From Adineta vaga (Eukaryota; Animalia; Rotifera): DNA of 64,000 nucleotides. The stretch covers positions 11,594,001-11,658,000 of the forward strand of contig CP075492.1 of NCBI GenBank assembly GCA_021613535.1. Direction: 5' to 3'. The notes under the pieces were generated by a model that did no database searches, was not told the origin of the DNA, and saw only the letters and a list, made by a program, of their open reading frames with translations. Both the position numbers and the translations under genes were made by a program. Shown one piece after another: positions 13,964 through 28,644 of this stretch (position 1 is its first letter; each line of letters starts with the position of its first letter).

Positions 13964-14467
13964 GCGTTGGAGAAATCTAAAAGAAACAGCACTAACGATG
14001 TATATGTGTATGATTGAAAACGTCAGTACTAGTGGAAAATAAACCAAATGTCTGATTATATAAGAAAAAGATACAAGGGTGTGCTTCAAGTTCAATACAG
14101 TATCTGCCGGTGATGGTCGACCATTTTTTTCCGTTCTGCTCATCTAGAAACATTTATTAGTATAACGCCCTTTTCCTTCTTGTCTTGTTTGTTCTGATTC
14201 TGAGAATGGAGCAGACAGATTGTGTTTATAGAATGATCCATGATTCGATAGGAAAAGATGATATGTGCTGTGCAGTAGCTCAATATCATTTAATTGGAGA
14301 ATAAATAAACCAATCGAAATACATTCCTTGTCCTCGTTTGAAGTCAAATAATTAAATTCTTCGTCTCGTATTAAACTTATTTTTTTTTATATTTAAAAGT
14401 ACAATTTGATTATTAAAATAATCTAATACAAAGATACTTGCATCATATCAGTGCAACTACATAATCT

Positions 14468-14482
14468 AGAACATTCTCGAAC
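14468..14482 (+). promoter_or_regulatory. Heat shock element (three nGAAn units)
   Basis: aGAAcaTTCtcGAAc is a perfect nGAAnnTTCnnGAAn, about 150 nt upstream of the polyubiquitin TATA box; polyubiquitin genes are classic HSF targets. Confidence 0.75.
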
Positions 14483-14628
14483 AGGTGATCAATAATGCTT
14501 GGTCATTGTTGCAGTGTGGTTTTCTCGTATTCTTTGTTTTTCTTTCCACACATACGTGTTGTCGTCGTCATCGGTATCTCGTAATTTCTCAACTATTACA
14601 GTCTGAATCATCGGCATACAACCAACAA

Positions 14629-14636
14629 TATATAAA
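14629..14636 (+). promoter_or_regulatory. TATA box of the polyubiquitin gene
   Basis: TATATAAA about 80 nt upstream of the ATG at 14712. Confidence 0.6.
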
Positions 14637-14699
14637 GACATCGTTTTCTCACCCAACTTCATTCTTTTACTTACGTTATTCTCATTCATCATTTGCTAA

Positions 14700-16763
<2,064 letters not shown>

Positions 16764-18183
16764 ACGATCTTCATGGCGTTTAGAGAATTTAGCTGAAATG
16801 AATCTTTTCTCATTATCATTGTAATTATTTTTGAAATACATTATATTGCATTATGTCTATTCTATTTCTGATGTATTTTTATTGTCATTTAGTGCATTAT
16901 TTATCATGTCTTATGGGCGGATAAAAAAATAAAAAAACTAAGTGTTGATAAATCAAAATTTATTTGTTTTTCAAACAACAAAGAATACTGTTTTTAGTTT
17001 AATATAGTTTAGTAATGTATAAACTATTCGAAGATAAGTGTAATAGTCTAGGTACATATCGTCCATTAAACTAGAAGTATTTTGATTCATTTTAATATTT
17101 TTCGCTTAATATTTCTTGTAGTGTAACTTTAGTTTCCAAGCAATCGAAAACCAATTTATAGTTTCGTTCTCACGAGAGACGATTCCCAACAAGTACTTTT
17201 AACAGCTTATGTATGTCGATTTGTTCACTTACATATCAAATGAAGCTCGACTTTGCTAATTATGAATCTAGATACTAAACCTGAAATAAAATCAAAGTTT
17301 AAATTGACATCCACCTTGCCAGATGAAATTTAGCTACTAATATTTCATAATATTGTATTTTTAAATCGTTGTTAACGATGGTTACAAGCATTGACTGATT
17401 GTGAATATATAAAATAAAAGATTATGTATTTTCTAAGAATCGACTTTTTACCACTATTCTGTGTATATCTTGTCGTTTTTATTTTTCATTACCGATCGGT
17501 AGGAAGTCGTGATTAGTTCTGCAGAAATTTTCACATTATCATCTGAAAATATCGCTTGCTGGTTAACTCTCTATTTTCACTGAAATAAACATTATATATT
17601 CAAGAAAATACCATTCATCTGACAAATGTATTTTCATCAGATCTCTCGTTTACACAGGTTAATGAGAAAAATCTTCTTTCACTCATTCGGAGCACTATTC
17701 AACAAACATAAGGCTAGAAGTGAGTTAATATCAAACATTTTAAATACATGAAATATATGGATACATCATCATTCAAAAGAAAACAATAGAGTAGAATATT
17801 TCTTTGCATGAACAAATGCAATACTTATAATTTAAGTTTTATTTTTCTCAATTCTTGAATAGCGTATATACAAATTTTTGATAAAGAACGATACATGTGA
17901 TAGATGTATAGAGAAACATTTCAACGGAATTACGTCAAACAGTTTTACTTCCGATCTGACACAACTAATCGATAAATAGTGTAACAGTATGATCATTTTA
18001 GACGATAGATAGGTCTTTTTATTTGATAAAAAAAAATTCGATAAAACCAACAAAATTTCTTTTAAGCAACTTTGTGCTGATGTTTTATATTTATTTTCAT
18101 AATTCATACATTGCGCACACACACAAAACAACATGTCATGAGATTTTACTGTCATGATACGACACATCGTTCGTCACATAAAA

Positions 18184-18351
18184 TCATGCAGCGTTATAAC
18201 GATAATGATTTAATGGTCGACGTTGCTGTTGCTGCACATTTGCAATCGGTCTTTCTACTGGACGTTGTCTTGATGATATGACTGTTGGTGCCATCATTCG
18301 CATCATTGCAACTGGTTTTGGATTTGGTGGACTAGCCATTTTTTGTCCCAT
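18184..18351 (-). CDS. Small 55-aa ORF of unknown function (below the ORF-track cutoff)
   Basis: MGQKMASPPNPKPVAMMRMMAPTVISSRQRPVERPIANVQQQQRRPLNHYRYNAA*; GC-richer than its flanks; TATATAAG about 80 nt upstream (18433-18440). Confidence 0.55.
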   Translation of the reverse strand: MGQKMASPPNPKPVAMMRMMAPTVISSRQRPVERPIANVQQQQRRPLNHYRYNAA

Positions 18352-19260
18352 AGTACACTAGTTTGTTTTCTGACGTCAGTAGTATATTTTCGAAAAGTGT
18401 GCAACTAAGTCTACATGTACATGTTTATCACGCTTATATAGTTTCTATCATCATATGCGTCGATTTATTACAGGTAAAATATGTCAAGCGTATCAACAAA
18501 AATATTGCTCTCGCAAAAGTGAAACAAGACTAAAGTATGATGATTTTACCTGCGGAGGAAAAAAAACAACACAACAAAAAATATTTCGAACCAGCAAAAA
18601 TTCGATAATTGAATTGAGATAACATAATAAAATGCAGTTATTCTTCCCAAGACAACTTTCAATTAATGTGTTTGCTTTATGAACTATTTACACGGGTCAA
18701 CTAATTAGTTCTAATATACAGGTAAGTTTACTTTTCGAAAGAAGATTATTCGATCGCAACGTTCGTTATCATGTGAAAAAGTATACAAATAGTTTTTTGA
18801 TTAAACATCCAATGTTATAGAAGAAATTTTGATTAGATTGTTGATTAATAGCACCAATCAGTTCGATCGTAATTGATAATGTACGGAGTTCCTTTACCTG
18901 GATGATGAAATGAATATTTTACGTCGTATAAACTTTATTGCGTGATCGATGAAGAAAGTGAGAGTATAGTATAATTAGTCGTTCGTAGACAACATGATTA
19001 TAAGAATTCTAGGTAGTAGTTGAAGAAATAGATATCAGATGATTTTTTACTCATGCTATTAGTAATATTACTTCCATCTTGTTTTCTTAAAATAACCAGT
19101 AATTATATAGAATATTTCTAGTCAAATAAAACATATAAAAACTTGTTTTCTTTATCGAAAAATGTTCTTTTCCGATCAATATATACAAATAGATATGTTT
19201 ATATAGCATTTCACACTGGAAAAAAACATACACGTGCAATATTAAACAGAAAGTAAAGAT

Positions 19261-19659
19261 TTATGTATTTTTCTTTTGATTCTTTGCAGCAAGTTGTCCA
19301 GCATGATAGCCAGCCATATACCATGACGTTAACATTGAATGAAAAGCATCCTGTTCATTCTTTGGTGGAGTAATCATGTTTAACGGTATTGGAGTTGGTA
19401 ATGATTCTGCCGATGTTGCTACTGTTGATAATGGTGATGGCGATGACGTTGTAATATCGACTTTTTTCGTCTTTTGTTTGTGATTCGATTGAAGATTTTT
19501 CGTTTTTGAGATGTCCTTCTTGGCTTTTGGTGTGTTACGAAGACGATTTTGAATTTGTCGATGAGCACGATCATATGCACGAATTAATTCAGTATCATCC
19601 CATATTTCCTCATGATTATCTGATGAACGATCAAATAATGTTTCACCAACGTTTGACAT
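19261..19659 (-). CDS. SMN: Survival motor neuron-like protein lacking the Tudor domain
   Basis: Gemin2-binding motif IWDDTELIRAYDRA; C-terminal YG box SMLTSWYMAGYHAG; Lys-rich and Pro/Ser-rich linker; single exon. Confidence 0.88.
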   Translation of the reverse strand: MSNVGETLFDRSSDNHEEIWDDTELIRAYDRAHRQIQNRLRNTPKAKKDISKTKNLQSNHKQKTKKVDITTSSPSPLSTVATSAESLPTPIPLNMITPPKNEQDAFHSMLTSWYMAGYHAGQLAAKNQKKNT

Positions 19660-19951
19660 CGATATATTAAGAAATTTTTACTATTGCTTTACTTTCATCA
19701 TCTGATCCTTCTAAATACATCACATCTGATCACAACCAATCGAAAGAAACCAATGAAAAGTGACATCTGTTCGATATGTAAATCGTTTTAGGAACAGAAA
19801 TTCAAAAAGTGCTGAATGAAGTCCATCTTATACTTATACGATAATTGATTGAATGAGGGGTAAATCAAAGAAATCAAAATGAGATGTGGAGCAATTTTTA
19901 TTTAAGAGAAAAAAAACTCACAGAGTTTCATACATGTAATATTATATTGTT

Positions 19952-20227
19952 TTAACGAAAAGAGAATCCAAAACAAGCACCACAAACATACCATGATCCA
20001 CATGATTTTTCACAACAAAAATTTTTACATTTTGTGTCGAATTCACAACGATAATTGAGACATGTCATTACTAATGCATAGCATTTTGTTTTAGTCATAG
20101 TACAAACTGATCTGGCCGACAGTTCACTAACAAATGTTGTATTATTATTCACTGGTATTGAAGAAACATTACTTAAGAAGATCACAACAGCAATGAGTAA
20201 GCAAAGTATAATTTTTATTGAATTCAT
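19952..20227 (-). CDS. Secreted cysteine-rich peptide (10 Cys), WAP/crustin-like core
   Basis: Hydrophobic signal peptide, short pro-region ending LSAR, then CEFDTKCKNFCCEKSCGSWYVC; TATAAATA at 20273-20280 on the minus strand. Confidence 0.75.
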   Translation of the reverse strand: MNSIKIILCLLIAVVIFLSNVSSIPVNNNTTFVSELSARSVCTMTKTKCYALVMTCLNYRCEFDTKCKNFCCEKSCGSWYVCGACFGFSFR

Positions 20228-21468
20228 TATTAATAGGTTTATCTATATAGTTCCATATTGAAATTCCATTCGTATTTATACTCGATGAATGCGTAATAAA
20301 TCTATATACGCATGACTTCATTCTCTCGATCGTAATATATCTCACGAAGATTTCGATAGATCATAATTACGTTATGTGATGTCATGTATTGACGTATGTA
20401 CATACATATCTAAAAATAGTATTTGTATCAATATTAGTTAAATGTACTATATGTCTAGTAACTATGAAAACATGTTCTGATCTATTTTTCTTATTCTGAA
20501 ATGATTTTAACTGCAAAATATCGTTCAAACATTTGTTCTTTTATTCGACATAATTAAAAATCCATATCATTATAGTTCATGGTTTCATATGTAGTATATC
20601 AATCCAATTCTCATTTGTATTTTTTTTGCATCTCATCAATCGACAATTATTTTCTTCTGAGTATTACATACTTAATTCAACATCGATCCTAATTATCATA
20701 ACCATTGCATCTTCACAATGTCTATCTCCAATATATGTATATATATATACATTTTTGTTAGTTACTAATGGCATCTCAGATAAATATTCATTTGTTCATG
20801 TGATATAATCAATGTTGATGACAAGCTATGATTTGATTAACACTATGATCAACGATTGCTTGTGATAGCTCTGATTGAATAAGCACAAGAAAAGAGATTT
20901 GTTTTGTTAAGAGCAAGAAAGAATGTATTTCTCAATGGAATTCTTATCGCAACTTTTTTTTATCAGAGTTTAATATTCTATACTTTAGGAATAGGAACAG
21001 ACATGTTTCATTGAAGAATATTTCGTGTAAAATTCACAAGAGAAATTATTCGAATTGTCTGATTAATTACTTATTCCTTTTGTGAAGTTAATCTCTTCAT
21101 TTTTTTTTGTTACCAGTAAAGATGATAGAGGAAAAACCTTTACGGAAAGAATTAACAGATATTTCTCTCGAACTATGGTTTAAACAATTGAATCAATCGA
21201 TTGCATAAGTAAAATAAATGAGATCATTGTCTTCCAGACGAACATCATCTTAGAACAAAAAAAAAGGGAAAGAAGCAATTAGCATATCGAACTACTTCAA
21301 CTATTACGCTAGTACTTGACCTTCCTTAACATACATTGTTCGCATCTTTTTTTTTTGTTACTATAATAAAAAGATAGACATACATTGTTCAACGAGACAC
21401 TATATACCACATCGGTCATATAAATCTTTTCTTTTTCCTGTTCTTTTCCTTCTTTGATGAATTATTAA

Positions 21469-22852
21469 ATGTCTAGAAGAACAACAACTCAGTAAATGGA
21501 ATACATTATGTATTACACTCAGCTGTATTCATCGAGACATTTGTTCTTATTTACCTATATATACAAGTGTTTCTTTAGACGTTTTTTGTCACATTTACAT
21601 TGAAATTAAAATTGAATACATCAATGAGTCCAACGATGGAATCAGCATTTCAATCATCTTCGGTTCCCGAAGAATCCTATTGTGCACCATGGGATTTGAA
21701 AGCTGAAGAAGAAAAACTAAGACTTCTCAATCAGCAACATCATCTATCATCGCTCAATGTCATATCGAAAACTTCACATTCTCCACTTCATTCTGTTACT
21801 ACGAACAAACAATCATCGTTACTTTCATTTCATCGAACTTCATCCGTACGTGCATCATCTAAAATACAATCTGAACTTCCTCCATTACCATCACGTGATT
21901 TGATCGCAACTTATCAATCAAAAACGAATTTAAATATCAATAATTTCGATTCATCATTGAAAAAAATCGCCAATTGTCTCAATTCACATACGATTCGAAC
22001 TGATACAACAACTTCCCGAAGTTTCCTATTCAAAACAACATCACCGAAGAAAACAATGACTAAATATGATAATAAATCAATACCATTTGAAGTCAGTATT
22101 TCTTTTCTCGAATAGATAACAATTATTCTCTCGAATATTATCTAGACAGCTTTATTTCGTCTTAAATGTCTCAGTTCATCAATTCATAATAGTTCTCTAC
22201 CTAAAACATCACCATCATATGAACAACCCTGGGATGATTTACATACATCGTATCTTCATAATCGACATGGAAGATCATTACAAAAGCTTCCAAATACAGA
22301 AGAAATACCGACATTTTCTACGAGTTCATCTTATCGACAAGCAGATGATTTAGCAACAATGCCCATTGATAGATATTTGTAATTATAGATAGAATTTTTA
22401 CAGAAACAAAAAAAATAGTTCCTTGTTCATTATATATCTATTTAGTTGGTATCACTATGGTATGTCTCGACGTCAAGCAGAAAATATATTAGAATCTCGA
22501 CCAATGGGTAGTTTTCTTGTACGTCAAAGTGAAAGTGGAAATCCAACTGATTATTCACTTTCCATAAAGTAAAAGAAAAATCATTTGCTATGTTTTCAGC
22601 AATATTGTTTATCTATTCGCTTTTTGTTATAGAACAATGGCAGGTTGTATGCATATGCGTATCTGCTATTGTAATGGTTTCTATATTCTTGGTGAATGTT
22701 CTCGACCATTTTCAAGTGTTGCATATATGATTAAATATTTCACTCAAATATCTGTTCCTATTCATGGTGCTCCACATATAAAACTAGGTGCACCGGTCTT
22801 ACGATACGAGTTATTATCATCATCATTAATATCGAATGAAGAACTCTTGTGA
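21469..22852 (+). CDS. SH2 domain adaptor protein, SHB/SHD/SHE/SHF family
   Basis: YCAPWD and YEQPWD motifs; C-terminal SH2 WYHYGMSRRQAENIL..GSFLVRQSES..DYSLSIK..GCMHMRI across short introns. Start exon is tentative. Confidence 0.85.
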
Positions 22853-23010
22853 TTTGCTTTTCTTTTTCAATACTATTTCTAAAATCTAGCTCAGTATTCA
22901 TATTCAATACAAATAAAATAGTTTTTCTATGAACAGGAAATAGAATTTCATGTCAGGCAATAGAAACTTTTATCGATAATTAACGACATATTTGTTAGAA
23001 ACCTCCTTGT

Positions 23011-23023
23011 GTTGCTTGACAAT
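23011..23023 (+). promoter_or_regulatory. Possible RFX X-box upstream of a ciliary gene
   Basis: GTTGCTTGACAAT is an imperfect X-box palindrome about 70 nt before the CFAP126 ATG. Confidence 0.3.
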
Positions 23024-23092
23024 CACTTAATGATAAATATAAACACTAGGTTTCATTCATTTTTCTCTATTTATAATCGAATAAGAATAACC

Positions 23093-23567
23093 ATGTCAAG
23101 TAACTATACAGCTGGTCAATTTGAACAAACATTTGTACCAAAACGTTTACAAATGTATCAAATACCACGTAAACCTCAGCCAGGCATAGTTAGTACATAT
23201 TAGAATCAATTGATTATTACATCAATCTTGTTTGGTTTCTCCTAGTATGCTCAAGGATTGACATCAATTGATTCTACTAGTTTTCTTACTAATGATCATG
23301 GACATTTATTACCTGGAGTAGAAAAATCCAAACGATCATCATTTGGAGAATTCTTAGGTACATGGGATTTACCAAAAAGAATTCCTGTTCCTTATCATAT
23401 AGATCCAATGGGACGAACGAAAAAGAATTATAAATTACTCTGTACACAACGTGCTCAAATTATGGAAGAAATGAAGAGAGCACGAATTTATAAAGTATAA
23501 ACTCTAATTTAATTGTTTTTCAAAATACTAGAATTATTATGTATTTTAGAAGGAAAAATCTTCATAA
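23093..23567 (+). CDS. CFAP126: Protein Flattop / cilia- and flagella-associated protein 126
   Basis: MSSNYTAGQFEQTFVPKRLQ, TSFLTNDHGHLLPGV, FGEFLGTWDLPKRIP match the Flattop family; two short introns. Confidence 0.85.
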
Positions 23568-23922
23568 TTATTTTATCTTTCATATCTTCGACGTATTGAA
23601 TTGGACTATGATTTGTTGTCTATATTTTTATTTTTCGTTTAAAATTGCGATGATTGATGATTAAATAAACGAATCTAAGACTTCATTCATGAACGACATC
23701 TATCGAACTCCTCCTTCGCGCTGGTTTTATTTGTATCATATACACACCAATTAAATGTAATGATTTCAATAGTAAATTGTTGTTGTTCTATTCTATCAGT
23801 AAAGTAAAATGAATTTCGTAATAGAATAGAATCAAACTAACATCATCGATCGATATTTCTGCTAATATTTATATAAAACTCAAATTTATTCGATTATTTT
23901 AGACGATTAAAAAGTATCGAAC

Positions 23923-24704
23923 ATGCGTCTCGAAACTTGTTATTATTGTTCATCGACGGTCTGGCCTGGGCATGGCATTCAATTCGTACGCAACGATTGC
24001 AAAGTAGATTTCTTTTACTTCGATCTTACTTGTCTTTATTCATATAATAAATTAGATCTTTCGATTTTGTCGTTCACGTTGTCATCGTGCCTTTAAGAAA
24101 AAATGGAATCCACGTAAATCACGTTGGACAAAGGCCCATCGAAAATTTACAGGCAAAGATTTAACAACGGATACAACATTCGAATTTGAAAAACGTCGAA
24201 ATGAACCAGTTAAATATAGCCGTGAATTATGGCAAAATACAAGTAACTAATCGAAATAAAAATGAAACGGATCAATAATTTTCTTCTTTTAGTCGAAGCA
24301 ATGGGTAAAATTAAAGAAATCCGTACTAAACGAGAACGACATCATATTATGAAACGGTATGAGACATTTGTTTGAGAGAAAGATTAAATTCTTATGAATT
24401 TCGTTCTTTTTGTTTTTCTTCAAGTCTTCGACAAGGTACACTTGATCGAAAAGCAGCTGATCTACGTGAAGTACGTGATTATATTCATCTTGTTCGAGCA
24501 CCTAATGCAACAAAACCAATGGAAGAAATTGAAATGGTTCAAAAAGCCATGCAAAAACGAGAAGAAAAGGGTGAACTTCTTACAAAAATTGGCACGACAG
24601 TATCAACGACAAAGAAATTGTCAGCATTACGTCGCCGAGCACCCAAAATTGAAGTCACAATGGAAACATCAGATAATGAACATATGCTCAATGATGATAT
24701 GTAA
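23923..24704 (+). CDS. RSL24D1: Ribosome biogenesis protein RLP24
   Basis: [65 protein letters not shown]; three short introns. Confidence 0.95.
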
Positions 24705-25007
24705 TAAACATATCTTTCATTGTTTTGTTGTTAATCTCTTGAAAAACAATAAAAAAAATTCGTTGTCGATCGTCTTCAATTATAACTTAATACATTTCAC
24801 ATTCTTTTCTTTCAACTCTAATTGTCTTGATATATTCTTTGATTTCAATCGAACTTAAATGAGTCATGAGAGATTCTCTTCTATTCCTCAGCTTATCGAT
24901 GATTATTCTCAATACTGATAACATTTGTCGTTAACTCACACACTTTATATACACATTTATACTCATATCATTCTGATAAAGAATAAAACAAAGAATACAA
25001 AAGAATA

Positions 25008-26125
25008 ATGAATACTACAGACGTACATTACGATCAACTTTTGTCGTTGTTCAAAAAAATGAACTCGAACAAATCAATCATTATATCTATGCGATCGTAT
25101 TTCCTATCATATTTGTTTTTGGTTTAATTGGTAATTTATTTTCATCAATTATTTTCTCAATAACTAAACTTAATCAAACATCATGCGGAATATATTTTCT
25201 TCTACTTGCAATTTTTGATTCATTAGCATTAATCGGTGGTTTACATCATTGTTTAACAATTGGATATCATGTTCAAGTACGAAATGCAAACTACTGTCGT
25301 GTACGAAATTTTCTTTTATATACATCAATGGATATGACTTCATGGATGATTGTAGCTGTTTCCGTTGATCGTTGTTTAAAAGTTAAATTTCCTATTAAAG
25401 CACGAATGTATGCAACGAGAAAATTAGCAATTATTGTTTCATGTGTAATAACATTGATTTTTATATTGAAAAATATTCATTTATTAACAATTTTTATTGG
25501 AGATTTTACTGATGATGCTGCAGATAATTGTGATCCCAATCCAAACTATCCAACATACATGTTTTTCTTTAAAAATATTTGGCCATGGATTGATCTTACT
25601 ACCTTTGCTTTATTACCTTTTATTATTGTTACAATATGTAACATAATAATCATTTCGGATCAATATAAAAGACGTTTAAAATTACGTAAACGTAATCTTG
25701 ATCTTTCCTTAATAACATTACTTTTAGTTAGTTCAATCTTATTAATTCTTTGTAATCTTCCAATAACAATTCTTGCAGTTATTTATCCGTATATTTCAAT
25801 TTCATATGATACCAATGTAATTTATGATAATGTTGCATTTGCATTTGATCTCCTTCGATTACCATCTTATGTATCATTAGCATTGAACTTTTATTTATAT
25901 TATTATACATCGATTTTATTTCGTCAGCAAACTGTTCGTCTTTTTCGACGTTTATTTCGTCTTCAAACAAAGACAAATGAAATTGAACTACCAAATCGAA
26001 TATATACATTTGAAAATCGATATACAAATCGAATGGATTCACTAGACGAAGTCGAAGAGGATCAACAAACACCAATACCTTCGATAGTCGGCAGTAGTTT
26101 CATCTCAAACTTTTATAAACAATAA
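25008..26125 (+). CDS. Class A (rhodopsin-like) peptide-receptor-type GPCR; 5' end uncertain
   Basis: TM1 IFVFGLIGN, TM2 LAIFD, TM3 VSVDRC, TM6 LCNLP, TM7 LNFYLY. The frame is open from 24980 but the ATG at 25008 (MNTT) is out of frame. Confidence 0.85.
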
Positions 26126-26359
26126 TTTTCTAATGAATCAGTCATGAATTGTATTCAAATTCATTGCTGTACGAAAAAGCTTGTTTTTTTAAAAGATAAA
26201 TCAACTTGTTATGTAGAATATCATTGAGCATCAAAACAATAATCAAAAGAAAGATGAGCACACACTTATAACCATAACAAATGGAATAGATAATAAAAGA
26301 GAACGTGAACAGAATCATAACAAAGCAAAGAATACAGGAAAAAATTCTTCTAAATTCAT

Positions 26360-28527
26360 TTAAAGTTCATCAGTTGAACCTTTCTTTTTCGAACCATCAC
26401 GTTCAAAACCATCAAGTGCATCGGTAGCTTCTTTAGCTAAAAATTTGATAAAATCATCAACTTCTCGACCACCCTAAGAAAAACAAAATGATTTGAAAAA
26501 AACATATTTAAAAAGAAAATCGTCATCTCACTTCATATTTTCTTGGATTATTTTTATCATTCTTAGGTGCAAAGTAAATTGTTGGAAAACCACGAACATT
26601 ATATTGACTTGGAACATCATTCTCAGTTGCATCCATTTTAGCACTAAAATTTCAATTCAGATTTCTTTTCGAAACGCTTCAATTTTGTCATAACTTACAT
26701 GACAATGCCTTTTTCTTTGTTTAATTTCTTGGCCAATTCGTCATATTTAGGAGCAAGTGATTTACTAAAAAGAAAACAATGAGAATAGCTTATTTTACTC
26801 AAATCATCATTCGGATTCTTCGTTCTTACCAATGGCCACACCTAGAAAGAAAGAAAGAAAGAAGACAGATCAATTATTAAAATCACTATTTATAAACATT
26901 TGTTTTCGTTTACCATGGTGCATAGAATTCAATGAGAACATCTTTACTATTATCATTGACAATTTCATCGAAATTCTTGGCAACAATAACTTTAACATCA
27001 TCAGTTTGTTCTGGAACTTCTTGTGATTTTAAATATGGTTCAAGTTCACCTTTGAATAATTTACGAGCAAAATTTTCAAGAGCTTCAAAACTGAAATCTT
27101 CTGATAATTTGAATTTTTCATCCCGAGCACCACGTCCAAGTACATATTTAGCATCTTTTTTCACGTCGTTAATACCATATTGAGTTAGTTCATGACGAAA
27201 TTCCTCAAGATTACTAATAGCAAATCGAACATTAACACTTTCATCAGCTAATTTTTTTGCCACTTTCAAGATACGGTTACGGATGTAATTTGTACCTTTG
27301 GTATCACGTGCGTAATCAACATTATAATAGACAACAACAGATGGTTTGGAAAAGTCAGCAGCATTCGATGGTGTACGATGACCAACAAGACCATGACTAG
27401 TAAATAAGAAAGTAGGTTTCTATTTCATTCGGAAAAATCGCAATATCGGGACTACAAATGGGTGAAGCATTTTCTTCTCCTCCTTCGCGAATAATGACTT
27501 ACATTTTCTCTTGAATGTATGATTTGATTTTTTCACCAACACCTTCAACAACAGAAAAAGCATCTTCAAATTTAGATTGTAAACGTTTTGGTTGATGAAC
27601 AACGATTTTACTAAGAAAATTAAATGTATATGGTAAATTGATTCAATCATAGACAGAATTCTACTTTGAATATCCAACTTTGTCGAGAACATCTTTAGCT
27701 GTTGTGTAAGCAAAACGGAATTTTTCCGATAATTGATTAGCAACTTTAACTAAATCTTCTTTTAGTGTTTGTGTTTCACTATCAAAATAACCTAAACAAA
27801 TAATGACATGAAAATCATTCGTTTTCTTTATTTGAAATCATATACCGATGATACTATGATCATTATGTTCTAAATATTTTTCATAATCAGCTAAATTTTG
27901 AAGAACACGATAGGATGGACCAGCTTTTGAACGCATTGTTGAAACAATACCATCTAAAGAGGGAACAAAGCGATATTTATTTATTATACAGAATTCATTT
28001 TTTAGTATTTACCAGCTTCTCGAGGACCATTATAGTCTTCGGCAACTTCACCATTTTTGAAGATTTTTAAAGCTAGTTATCAAAGAATATACCACATATA
28101 AGTAAAGAAAATCAAACAGAAGACACATACTAGGATAACCACTAACACCATATTTCGTACAAGTTTTTGTTTCAACAGTACAATCAACCTATGAAAATAG
28201 TTTACTTTTTTTTCTTCGTTTGACAAACGAGTCTTTTCTTACTTTTGCTAAAGGTACAGGTGGATCATTTTTTCCTAAAGCTGTTGCTGCCTTTTCATAT
28301 TCTGGTGCAAGTCGTTTACCTAGAGAATAGACAGAATTTTAATTAGAAATTTTTCTCTCTTGAATAAACTTACAATGTCCACACCATGGTGCATAGAATT
28401 CTGCAAGTAATATGTCATATTCTTTAACTTTTGCTTCAAAATTATTGTCAGTCAAAACAAGTACATCACTTGATGTTGTAAATGCGATTAAACCAACAAA
28501 GAATGTTATGAGGAGAAATGAATGCAT
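26360..28527 (-). CDS. PDIA3: Protein disulfide-isomerase A3 (ERp57)
   Basis: Signal peptide, SDVLVLTD, two [11 protein letters not shown] sites, [31 protein letters not shown]-terminal TDEL. Confidence 0.95.
26830..26841 (-). other. 12-nt microexon of PDIA3 encoding the second CGHC active site
   Basis: ttctag|GTGTGGCCATTG|gtaaga lies between exons ending ..GCACCATG and starting TAAATCA.. Confidence 0.9.
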
Positions 28528-28625
28528 TTTATCTTTGAGCTATATAATGGAAGAAAAATGTATTTGAAAGAGAATAATATGATTTACATGTTTTTTTAAA
28601 AGGAGAATAATAATACTTGTAAAGA

Positions 28626-28644
28626 CTTGGAGAAATTTGATTGG
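28626..28644 (-). promoter_or_regulatory. ERSE-like ER stress element
   Basis: CCAAT-N9-CCAAG (consensus CCAAT-N9-CCACG, one mismatch) about 100 nt upstream of the PDIA3 ATG. Confidence 0.5.
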
